Origin: Lepidodermella squamata
Lineage: Eukaryota > Animalia > Gastrotricha
DNA: 64,000 bases
NCBI GenBank assembly: GCA_047495785.1
Contig: JBLDXI010000010.1
Location: 2,232,001-2,296,000 of the forward strand
Direction: 5' to 3'
Shown in pieces: positions 47,481 through 58,056 of the stretch; positions within the stretch are counted from its first letter, which is position 1, and each line of letters opens with the position of its first letter. Under the pieces are notes generated by a model. The model was not told the origin of the DNA, ran no database searches, and saw only the letters and a list, made by a program, of their open reading frames with translations. The position numbers were made by a program, and so were the translations under genes.

Positions 47481-50223
47481 ATGCTTGCAAGGTCAGTAAT
47501 TTTGGTTCTCAGCTGTGCTAGGCTGGCTTTTAGCCAACAACAGCAAGATAAGCTCTTCCAACGGAAGCCTCATCGCCTGTCCATGCTGTCAATCCTCATG
47601 ATGACTGGCTACGAGCCGCGAGACAACAAAATGTGCCAAGCTGCTCAGCAAATGGTTGCCGATATTGTGAACAAGCGAAGCGACATCCTGCCAGACTACC
47701 ATATCGAACTAGACTTTGTCAACGAAGGTATGCACCATCCTCTATATTTTTTAGCGATTAGTTAAGTTTATCTTCAAGGACCTGGCGGTGCTCAGGCAGT
47801 TCGCCAAGCAATCGAATTCGCTCGCCGAACCGAAGCAATGACTGATGTCTATGCGTCTCCGGTAACAATGGGACCTTTCCTCTCTCCAGCTTGCAAGGCC
47901 TGGGGTGGAACAGCTAGCTACATGAACATGCTCATGATCGCTGGATCATGCACTTCTCCAGTCCAAACGGCTCGCCGTGGCCTCTACCCCAACATGTACC
48001 GAATTCGATCGCCAGCTGAGCTTCCGATATTTGCAAGACTGTACTTCCTAAAGACTCAGACCAAGATCAGAAAGCTGGGTATCATTTTCAATAATGGCAA
48101 CTCGTTCAACTACGAAACAGCCAATCTGTTCTACAAAATTGCCCAGGCAAACGGATTCGAGGTGCAGGCATTCGAAGGTAGTTTAGATTTCAGTGACGAG
48201 TTCATAGCGCCATTAAAGGCGAGAGACATTCGAGTATTCGCTATGGAAACTGCAGAGGCAGCTGCTGGGTTGAGATTTCTATGCCAAGCCTACAAATTCG
48301 GAATGACCGGGCCGAGGTACCTATTCATCTTCCAGTTTTTGAGCTTCATCGACGTCACAACCCTACCGTTTGAGATATCGCCTGGTTGCAATCGGACGGT
48401 CATTCTGGAGCAATTCAAGATGACTTACTTTATTGGCTCACCCGTGGACGCTCTTCGCCCCATGACAGGCCGAACTGCACTTGGTCACACCCTACCCGAG
48501 TTTGAGGCTCTGTTCAGCAATTACACTGGCGGCGTGGTTACTGCTGACTCGGATTTTCGCCACCTCTGCTATGATCGCATCTTGACAGCCATCATGATTC
48601 TAAATGAGACAGAAAGGGTTCTCGAGAAAAGAAACATGTCTTTACGAGACTATAAAACCCGTCCGTATGAAGTCATGATGGTCGCCAACAACAGCGCAAA
48701 GAAGTTGGACTTTGGGAATTTACGCTATGGGAAGTTCAAATATTCATCCCGAGGGGAATATGATTTCGAACCTCAGTCAGTGGCGTATTGGTCACCTCGA
48801 GATTCTCGATTGGTAGTCACGCATCAAGTGACATGCGTCAATGAAGATATAATCAATGTCTCTTCATATGTTTCGGAACAGTTCCTGGCTCTGCCTCAAG
48901 TTCTTCCACGCGATTCAGCTAAGCTTCTGGTAGATTTCGGAAATATGCCAACATCGGTAACAGGAATCATCGCTGCACTTGCCGTCACTTTTGCTATTAT
49001 GACTGTAAGTGCAAGTTATGGTTTTATCTCCCTTTCTAGTTTAATGCCCGTATCGGATCATTAGTAGACCGCATATTTCTGTCAAGAGTATCTCAAACCT
49101 TCAAGTTTCACGAAGTGTTGTAGCTGGCGGTGGGCGTAGCTAATTACCACGAGCCTACCCACAATTTTTGTTTCTCGTAGAGAACCGTGAAGACAGTATC
49201 TCTCACTATAATTTTCCCCATAAACCCATAATATGTATGAAAACTGAGGAGAAATTATTACTATTATATTGATTCAACTATTATCTATCATTGCAGGTAA
49301 TCGCTTCAGCAAAGGTCTTTTTGATCGATAAGCAATATAACCGACTCATTGTCTCTCTGGGCTTGGTTCTCATCAATGCAGCTGCAGCTTTGTTTGTGTC
49401 TCAAGGCAGCTCAGCAATTTGCTACTTCCGGGTTGTTTTCCTCGGATTGGGACTTCCCCTAATCCATGGAAGTCTGACAGGATTCATAATCAGCGCAAAT
49501 ATGTCAATCGTCCACAAAAGACTGTCTCTGGTAAAAATGCTCTCCGTGCCCAAGGCCCCTTCAAAACCTGTATTGAAACGAGGGGCATCGACTGGTTCAA
49601 TAAGAGTTGGTCGCACTGCGAGCGTTGGAAGTAACAAAGTGAAAGTTGTACCAAAAATGATTATAAGAGCTGACGCGAAAAACAAGCACGTAATTCTATC
49701 GACAGGAATCGCATTTGCTCTTCATTTGGCCGTAATTTCTGCCTGGTTTGCAGCTGAACCCTTGAGAGAGGTGAACCAAGATGCATTTGGTACAGCGCCA
49801 ATTTACGATTACGACTCCGATGCTTATTTGGAGAGCCGTCGAATTTCTTGTATTTCAACCAATCAGATATATTTCATTGCAGCTTTGTTAGTAATCGACG
49901 TCGCAATTTTGGTAGTCGGTCTCGTTGCAACCATGGCTACTGCGGATTTGATCAAGCGAGAAAACGTTGCCAATGGAGCCGTTTTCAAACCTGCGATGTT
50001 GGCTATCATCATTGCGATTACGCTTCTCCTCAGCGGGGTAGCTATCGTGTTTCTCCTTGAAAGTAGTCCGTTCGTGAATGCGCAAGTTCTTGTAGTAGCA
50101 GTTGTCTGCTTGATATATGCACTCGCTGTCGGCCTGTCTGTTTTCTTATCTCCTTTGCGTAATCCGATCATGCATCGAACCATAGTCGGTGTGCCAACCG
50201 CCCAAAGAATCAACGCAGTGTGA
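47481..50223 (+). CDS. GABA-B-like class C GPCR copy D; exons about 47481-47727, 47780-49004, 49297-50223
   Basis: Same motifs and intron positions as copy B; TATAAAA at about 47399. Confidence 0.85.
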
Positions 50224-50871
50224 CGTCATTTCAACTTGGACACAGCTAGGTTTCAGTGAAACCGCTATGGCGTAACTATTTACTTTTAATATTTTATTAC
50301 AATTGTTTTTATGACAGTGTGAGGTATGAGATCTCCTGTTGAATCGCTTATCCCCGGTTTCGAAATTCTTTGAATAAAACTTTTGTTTGTGTTTCGTTGG
50401 AGTTGAAGGCTGAAAAGGTGCATCAAAAGGTTCAGAATTTACTTCAATACGCTATAAAAGTTGATTCAATCCTGCCCCCTCATTATTGGCGGAAATAAAT
50501 TACATTCACTAAGATCAATTTTGCTTAGCAGAGTAGCCAACAGCTACCAAAGCTGTTAAGGTCACATGCCAAATATATTATCATCGAAAGCTATATAGCT
50601 CACAGATGAAATGGCTGAGTAATTCATGACATGTATTGCAAATCTGTGATCTGCGGATGAAAAATAGGATGGAGGCCTAAAACGAAATCGATATATCGGG
50701 CCAAGTTATTCGAAAGCCGAGCCTAGCTTTCTGTGGAATTTGTGAAGCAAACCATTACATTTCTTGAAATTCGCAAGCCGCAAGCTATCGTGATTCTTCC
50801 TTGAGTCTCATTTTTAATGAACCTTCTTTATTCAGGAAATATTCTACATTTTAGATTGACCAACATATTCG

Positions 50872-52581
50872 TTACGCCGTAAGAGTTTCTTGCTGATTGC
50901 TCACCTCGACAGTATTAGCCGCATCCAAGACTTCGTTAGGACCCTGTTTAGTGCTAGGTGCCGATGGCTGAGTCGATTCATCATCATCGGGTGAAACAGG
51001 AGATTTTGCCAGGGTAGCAGCTCGTGCCATCTGCGCCTGACGTTGGGCCATCAAGGCGGCTCTGTGGCTTGGCAAAACACCTCCGTTTTTCTTCGCTTCA
51101 GCCTCCTCGGCTTGGCGACGGCGAAGGTCAGCAAGGCGCCATTTATCTTCGGCTAAAACTCGCTCTTTCCAGCTACCGAGAACTAATTAAAGTTAAAAGT
51201 GGTTTATATTAACGTCAATTTCAATTGTCAACTAACAAGTATCTTCGATCTTTTTGTTTTGAATGCGATATCTGCCAAAGAGCAGTCTGGACGTTAAGGG
51301 CATCGATTTTGTAACAGGTGGCTTCAGTTTCCGATGAAGTTTCGGTTTCGGTAGCTCGCATGGTAATGGGTCACGTAATCCTGGGCAGCCAGGCGTGTCG
51401 GGCGGTGGGGTAGGTGCGTTCTCGTCAACGGGCGGCGGGGGAGCTTTCGGGTTTACGCCGAGAGCCAAATGCTGCTTATTCCAATTATCACCCCCGGCTG
51501 GCCGCTCTAACGTCGTCATGCCCGCCCTTGAATTAATCGTAATTATTCATCTATTCAAATATTGAAATATTGTTCGATATACATGAGGCGTAACATGTTG
51601 AGGCGGTCGACTCTACGGCGCTCTTCTTCATCGATTTCGAGGTTGATTGAATCGAAGATGCTCTGCTGAGCTCGTTCGTTTTGCTGTTGCTTTGACCGTT
51701 TAACATCCCGCGTCGACTCCTCTTTACCGTGACCGTGGCCCAATTTCGCGCCAGGTGGAGCAATTACGTTTGCTGTTGCTACGGCAACTAAAGCCGGCGT
51801 TATCGGAATTTCAAGGCCCGTTGGCTCGCGGGAGTGTAGCACTGCCATTACCTGTAGATTCAACAAGTCACTTTTCAACAGCAAGGAACTAGAATGGATA
51901 CTAATAGCGCTAAAACGTTTTCGTCGCAAGATAAATGCGGGCTGAGGACTTGAAACTTCACAACATTATAAATCTCTTACCTTGGCCTCCGATTTCACCC
52001 GATCTCGGCCAGTACGCCTTCTGGCGGTTTTGTAAGCCCGCAACAGCTCGACGTTATCCACGTCAAGCAAAGTTGACTCCAACAACTGTTTTCTGTGTTT
52101 GACCAGCCTCGGTAAAATGACCCGCAATCGCTTCTCAGAATACGATTGCGTAACGTTCGATTTTAGCCCTAAAATCGACGTATGACCAGCTTCTTCTGAA
52201 GATTCTGAGCCGAAAAATGTCGCGCCGTACTGAAGTTGCTGGCGAGCGGCATGGCGCTTTGCGATTGTTTCGACCCGACTCAAAAAGTGATCGACTACAT
52301 CTCGCTCGTCGTTAATCGACTTTGTACGGATTGAGAGGTTGTAAAGCTCATCCTTCAGCCGCCGTTCTGTGTGGTCAGCCGCTCGTAAACTGCTCACCTC
52401 TTCCTTACTGAGATAACCAACCTGACGTTGTAACGCTTTATCCTCAACTATTCTCTGGATAAATGCGAGCCTTTAATCGTAAAATGTATTAACCTATTTC
52501 AGGCTTAGAAGGGTTGGCTTACTTTTGGCGGTTCCTGATCTGCTTGTCGAGACCTTCCATGCCCAGGAGGCGTGTTTCCAT
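50872..52581 (-). CDS. Hypothetical multi-exon coiled-coil/proline-rich protein
   Basis: ATG 52581 (METRLLGMEGLDKQ); successive minus-strand ORFs (51966-52397, 51555-51929, 51232-51519, 50872-51075), some with visible GT/AG boundaries; no family recognised. Confidence 0.55.
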
Positions 52582-53134
52582 TTTTTTTCGGCTTCAATTT
52601 CGTTTGCCGAAGAAAGCTTCACGGATACAAGTGCAAGTGGCAGAGTGAGTCCCCATAAAAGTCATCCAAAGCTCAATAGACCATTAAATAGCCCTTTCAG
52701 CCGAATGGGCTTGTTTTGCACCGCCGTTTCAATGGCTTATCAATGGCACGCGTTAGGGCTTTTGGTATTACCAGAGTCGCCATTTCCCGCACGCGCCTTC
52801 TTGACTTTTTTTAATGACCCAAAATTTGGCGGCTATCAATTAGATGAAGATGATCGCTTGGTAACGCCTCAAAGCCTTGTTTACTTGATTTTTTCTAGTG
52901 CAAATCAAACAAATTGTGATTATGAAATAAGGAGTTGCAAAAAAACTCGAGGGCATAATAACGGAATTGTTGAAAATCTTGAGTTCAGTAATCAAGAAAT
53001 TGAAAGGAAACGTGGGGGCTCATGTGGTCGATGATGAAAAGCTGCTGAATATCGCTGCTGACCTATTGTCCGTTTAATCGAACAGGTTCCTAGGCTATTT
53101 CCTGGTCAAAGCCAATTTTTTGTATTGATTTTAC

Positions 53135-53292
53135 GGGTGTGGCGCGAACGCCGGTACCCACGTGAAATATTTTGCACCCGACTCCGCCGATGAGGCAGAG
53201 CGCAGGGGTCAGCGGACCGCAGTGCAATGGCCCGCCTCGCCCTGGGGCGGCCCCCTTCATGATCGAGGCGCATCCCAGTGCCAGGTAAGTTT
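53135..53292 (-). ncRNA. RNU1: U1 spliceosomal snRNA with variant Sm site
   Basis: Reverse strand reads AAACUUACCUGG; SL1 loop GAUCAUGAAG; SL2 loop AUUGCAC; helix H GCAC/GUGC; SL3; terminal SL4 GGCG-UUCG-CGCC; about 158 nt. Confidence 0.92.
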
Positions 53293-53417
53293 AGTGGCCA
53301 AAGGTGCAGGCCAGTGCCCGCTTTCGATTATCCCACACATCACAGATATCCAACTAATTTGCGTATGCATCAATGCGAATCAAAGTGGACGAAAAGAAGC
53401 AGTAAAAAAGGGAGCTT

Positions 53418-53489
53418 TAGCAGAGCGTAGTTTCGATCTACAGACCTCTGGGTTATGGGCCCAGCGCGCTTCCACTGCGCCACTCTGCT
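53418..53489 (-). tRNA. Initiator tRNA-Met (CAT)
   Basis: AGCAGAGTGGCGCAGTGGAAGCGCGCTGGGCCCATAACCCAGAGGTCTGTAGATCGAAACTACGCTCTGCTA: A1-U72 pair, three G-C anticodon-stem pairs, AUCG T-loop; T6 Pol III terminator at 53404-53409. Confidence 0.97.
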
Positions 53490-53825
53490 TTGCTGGTGCG
53501 AGATTATTTCCAGAAAAGCTCCTTGTCAGTACGAATATCTTACACAACTCCATTAACCTTGAAATTGTTCTCGCGTAATTTTAAATAATTTCGCATGCTT
53601 GGAGTCTCTTGAGCTATACATTTATGTGATGAATACCTTGATGGCGCGAAATAATATCTATTTAATTTAAGAATTTCATTCATCAATCAGGAGAGCTCGG
53701 TCATGAAAATTTCCACTTATTTACCTGGATCTGAGGCTAAATTGTTTGAATAAATCAAATCAATTTCAACAATGTTTCAGGCTTTATTAAAAAGCTGTAG
53801 CATAAAAAACAAAAAACTATCTGTT

Positions 53826-54218
53826 CTAGTTTTCTTTGCTTGAGGCATCGACTTCGCCGTCGGCATCGGCGTCACCTTCGCTTTCGCCTTCACCTTCCCC
53901 ATCTTGCCCGTCCTCGCTCTCGCCAGCAGCAGCACCAGCCCGTTCCGTACAGTAACCGCAAACGAATGAATGATCGACGGGCGTTGACTGCATGCCTTCG
54001 TGGAAGCCAGATTTCATCCAACAAGTACCACCGTTGTAGTCTGTCCAACTGAAGTGACTGCATTTCGGATCGGCTTCACAGGTCGGACCGCACCGATCCG
54101 CTGTCGATGGCGCGTTGCCGATATCGTTGCCGTGATAGTCGCAGCCGTGCCACCACTTCACCTCGCAAGCAGCCATGCCTAAGCAAAGGCCAAGGATCAG
54201 CATGACGTACAGAGACAT
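53826..54218 (-). CDS. Secreted PAN/apple-domain protein with an acidic Gly/Glu/Asp tail, intronless
   Basis: Signal peptide; CDYHGNDI..CGPTCEADPKCSHFSWTDYNGGTCWMK (CBEL-like PAN module). Confidence 0.85.
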   Translation of the reverse strand: MSLYVMLILGLCLGMAACEVKWWHGCDYHGNDIGNAPSTADRCGPTCEADPKCSHFSWTDYNGGTCWMKSGFHEGMQSTPVDHSFVCGYCTERAGAAAGESEDGQDGEGEGESEGDADADGEVDASSKEN

Positions 54219-54776
54219 TTCTAGTAGCCAAAATGTTTACGATGTTGTTTGACTTAACAGAAATAGACTGCGGAAATGCGATTTATAGCGGCTTTTCGTG
54301 TCCTCTTAAATAGGCTGCAGAATGTGTATCAGGTGCGAGATAAGTAATACTTGGTGCATAGTATTTGATACAGTAACAACTGACTCATAATTCACGAGAA
54401 GCGCACTTATCACGTGACGAAAATCGCCGCGAAAATATGGAGGATATCACGTGGTGCGAGGCAACCAAGTTACTGCAGTAAGTATAAGTATACTTGCTTG
54501 CTATCTACTGCCTGGTCAGCTTTTGGCCTGAAACATTTGGTGATTGCAGGACGGCAATTTCCGCTACTCTGTGGCGCCAAAATCTCCCATCTCTCAAAAA
54601 TACTTCACTGTATACATATAATACATAGGTATAGGTACTACGCATTTTTTCACATTGCTCAAGTTTGGTAATTCCTCAAGCTCATACGCCATTCTTTCAT
54701 CCATTTTCTTTGAAAACAATGGCTTTGCACATTCATAACTGATTACAGCGGACAGTCATTGTTAAAAATAGCCGAG

Positions 54777-55782
54777 CTACGTGCATTGTTCACTTTCGCT
54801 GCTGCCGAAAACCTGCGTGTGGTAAGTAGCGCCATTCGTTACGAAAGCTGCGCCCATGAATTTGTAGTCAGGATTGAGAATATTTTTGCGATGTCCATCC
54901 GAGTTGATCCACCTGAAACATCATTTCCAAAATCATTATTTAGTATTTGAGTCCGTCCATAATGTAAAAGCTTTTAAAGTGTCTAAAGATTTGTCTTAGC
55001 GAATCCAAATGACTTTTCGATAGTGCATCCTGCAACCATTTTGTTCGAGATTTTATAGCTTTTCTTGCTGACGGTCTCAGTTATGAATGATCAAAAGCTT
55101 ATATGTTGAAAGCCGACCAAGCATCAGTGTCGTAGTTGTAAGCCGCATTCTCAGCGATGCCTGACCAAGCGAAACCGAAACGGCTGGCGCGATCGCTGAC
55201 ACTGGAACCATCAGAACCTGTGTGAGTCAGTTGCTGCATGTTGGCCTGATCATTCGAATGCGCTTGTGCCGCTTGTGTTAATTTACTAAAGAAAGGAAAC
55301 AATGTTGTGAGGTGATCCTTGGAAAGAGATCCTTGGAAAGAGATTCTTTTGAAGAGGAGAAGTTCTTGTAATAATATTTACTAATTTAGACACAATGGGT
55401 CAGCGCCATTCCTAGCTCGAGCTTGGTTAGTATACTCGAGTAGAGTATGCAACCAGTCGCCGTTACTGCCGCCACTTGAAACGGCCTGGCCCTGGCTTAC
55501 ACGCTCCGTGAAGTAGCCGCACACATAGGAGTAATCGGCGGTTGAAGATACCGTGTCGGAATTGATGCCAGATTTCATCCAGCAAGTGCCTCCGTTGTAG
55601 TCTGTCCATGTGAAATGGCTACAGTTCGGATCGGCTTCGCACGTTGGGCCGCATCGATCAGCAGTCGCTGGCGCGTTGCCGATATCGTTGCCGTAGTAGT
55701 CGCAACCGTTCCACCACTTCACTTCGCAGGTGGCCATGGCCAAGCACAGGCCAAGGGTCAGGACAACTTGCAAAGAGGACAT
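54777..55782 (-). CDS. Secreted PAN/apple + CAP(SCP) protein; exons 55782-55382, 55285-55103, 54912-54777; second donor is AT instead of GT
   Basis: PAN paralog of 53826-54218; CAP motifs NQARARNG, LTQAAQAHS.DQA, HTGSDGS, AENAA, WINSDGHRKNIL, TQVFG. Confidence 0.8.
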
Positions 55783-56028
55783 TTTGAGTATTCAACAAAG
55801 ATACAACAATAAAAACGGACTAACTCTATTCTCTGATAAGGGAGGTTCTCTCTCATCATAATCCAACGACTTCGTTGATGGCTTAGTTGTTGCATGAGCA
55901 ATAGGCGTAACATTTCGCAACAGCTAATGATTCAAGTTTCCATTCAAGACTATTTAACGCGGATGATTTTGAAACCAAGAATTCACTTTAACGAAACAAA
56001 TCGCATAACATAATTCTTACTGTTAATC

Positions 56029-56328
56029 ATGAAGCCCTATCTTGTTGTTCTGGTTTTCACCATAATCTGCGCCATCGGCTTCATAAAGCCAAGCTTTGGT
56101 AAATGTTGAGGCTTTCATTGAATACTCTCAATGACTGAATTGTCTTCTAAATCGGCATGTCACAATGTTGGCGGTCAATCGGTCAAGTACGACTGCTCGT
56201 GTTACACCTGTAACACCGATCAATGGGGCTGTATGGGCTGCAACGCTGGTGGCCAAGGCCAGGGCTGTCGATTCTGTGGATTCGGTGGCTTCCCGAACTG
56301 TGGTGCCATTACCAATTCTGGGTGCTGA
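56029..56328 (+). CDS. Small secreted Cys-rich peptide (GCNAGGxGxxCRFCGF module); intron acceptor apparently defective
   Basis: Signal exon MKPYLVVLVFTIICAIGFIKPSF|gtaaat; downstream 10-Cys segment ACHNVGG..CYTCNTDQWGCMGCNAGGQGQGCRFCGFGGFPNC..GC*; AATAAA at about 56428. Confidence 0.65.
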
Positions 56329-56598
56329 AGTTTCCAACTTTCTAATTTCTAAGTCATCTCTAAACTAAAATATGAGTCATTTATACATCTTGTTCATTTC
56401 AATGTGGAGCAAATACGGCTTTCAGCGAATAAAACACGATTTTTGGCAATTATTTTCTTGAAATTACTAGTTGGGGAGGGCTGAGCTAAGAAGGACAGCA
56501 GAATCAATTCTTCTGGTTTTATTTCAAGTGAATCAGGAAACAAAAATCAGTATGAAGCCATGCATCTTATTGCTAGACGCTCGATTGGGCAATATGCA

Positions 56599-57255
56599 CT
56601 ACTTGCTCTTGGCAACCGACAAGTAGCCACGCACGAGATTCGTGATGATAAACTTCTCCTTCCCCATCGGACAACTTTCCTTCTCTTCACCTAGCGAAAT
56701 CACACTGTGCCGGCGTCCGCTGTGACGGGCCAATTCGTTCGCCCGAATGAACCCAGCACGTCTATGCGTTTCAACAAGAGCCGAGCCCAATTTACAACCG
56801 TGAAGCTGGTCACCAATTGTCAAATACGCATCGAATTGCTGCGAACGGACAGCCACAACTTTGCCATGACGTTGAAGGTCGAACTTTTCCCAGGCAAACG
56901 CGCCATTTTGGCAGTTGACTACCCCGATCTCCCGCTGGTTGACCTTACTAATGGCCATTCTAAGAAATTTACCAGGCCATTTGCTGGATTCGAAAGACAC
57001 ACTGCCATCACCATGACGGTGTAGATAGAATACAATTGCGTCGTCGCGTTTTTCGATGTCAATGTACGAAGACGTGACGTTGTAACGCACGAAATGAACG
57101 AAACCGCCGCCGCTTTCAGCTATTTCGACATCGCGGCCTTCCGGCATGTCTGAGCAGTCCATGTGGAGGTAATACCCGGGTGACGATGCGGATTCGATCG
57201 CGACTTGGTCCCATTTCGAGCCGAGCGACAACTGCCGCGTTAAAGCATCTGTCAT
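56599..57255 (-). CDS. Intronless fascin-like beta-trefoil protein
   Basis: Three pseudo-repeats VAIESASSPGYYLHMD / VSFESSKWPGKFLRMA / VAVRSQQFDAYLTI, with VVNCQ..WEKF and a closing EKF. Confidence 0.65.
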   Translation of the reverse strand: MTDALTRQLSLGSKWDQVAIESASSPGYYLHMDCSDMPEGRDVEIAESGGGFVHFVRYNVTSSYIDIEKRDDAIVFYLHRHGDGSVSFESSKWPGKFLRMAISKVNQREIGVVNCQNGAFAWEKFDLQRHGKVVAVRSQQFDAYLTIGDQLHGCKLGSALVETHRRAGFIRANELARHSGRRHSVISLGEEKESCPMGKEKFIITNLVRGYLSVAKSK

Positions 57256-58056
57256 CAGAGTTAAAAACCGCTCTACACCGTAAATTTCACAGTTAATATT
57301 TAAAGTATCGCTGAAGCAAAGGAAATGATTTATCAGCAGGGGTGTGGCATAAAGACGGAAATTAAGCCGGATTACCTGAGATTGGGAACCAGGAAGCTCG
57401 GTAATCTAGACCTAAAATTAAAAGCCTTTATGTCATGTGATTCTCGAGACACATGATTTGAGAAAATCAATATTTCTAGCTGATAACTTTTGCTAAAATA
57501 AAAACTTGGGATTATCCGTTACAAATCCGCCAGAGTTGAATAATTAACGAGCCCCGCGCAATAAAATACGGCGGATGAATTTAATGTCAAGGGGCCAATT
57601 CTAGCTTATGGAAATGTCGCTAGTCCTTCTATTCTAAATTTCGAATTACAAAATGTCTGAAGGCTACATGCCCTGGTTTTTTTTTATAAATGAAAGAACT
57701 ATAGACAATGCTGAGGTCGAGTAAGTGCGTTGAAAGTACGGTCATTTTTGTTCCTGGAATGGGTGTCAAATTCACAACGTGCGAAAACTGAGTCTTCCAC
57801 TCAGCTCAGAAATGTACGCCCTTGAAGCCCTTGTGCGGCTTTTATCTAGACCAGAAATCGATTGGCAATAGCGCTAATATCGATCAACTCGAAATAAATA
57901 GCATTTTTAATTAACACGCCTTTTAACAGTTTTCTGAGTGGGTGAATACTTGAGAAGACAACGGCGGGTCGATATTTTCGCTTTTTTACTTATCATCAAT
58001 ATTTAAACAGCGGCAAGCGGTACAGATAAGACATCACTATAAATATTCTAATAGAA

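Noticed and set aside
52525-53034. 169-aa + strand ORF
   Set aside because: TTG start, overlaps the 5' end of the minus-strand gene, no recognisable domain.
53162-53578. 138-aa + strand ORF
   Set aside because: Antisense to U1 snRNA and tRNA-iMet; the GC-rich RNA genes explain the open frame.
55314-55356. Three 14-bp tandem units gatccttggaaaga
   Set aside because: Ordinary slippage duplication within an intron; no spacers, not CRISPR-like.
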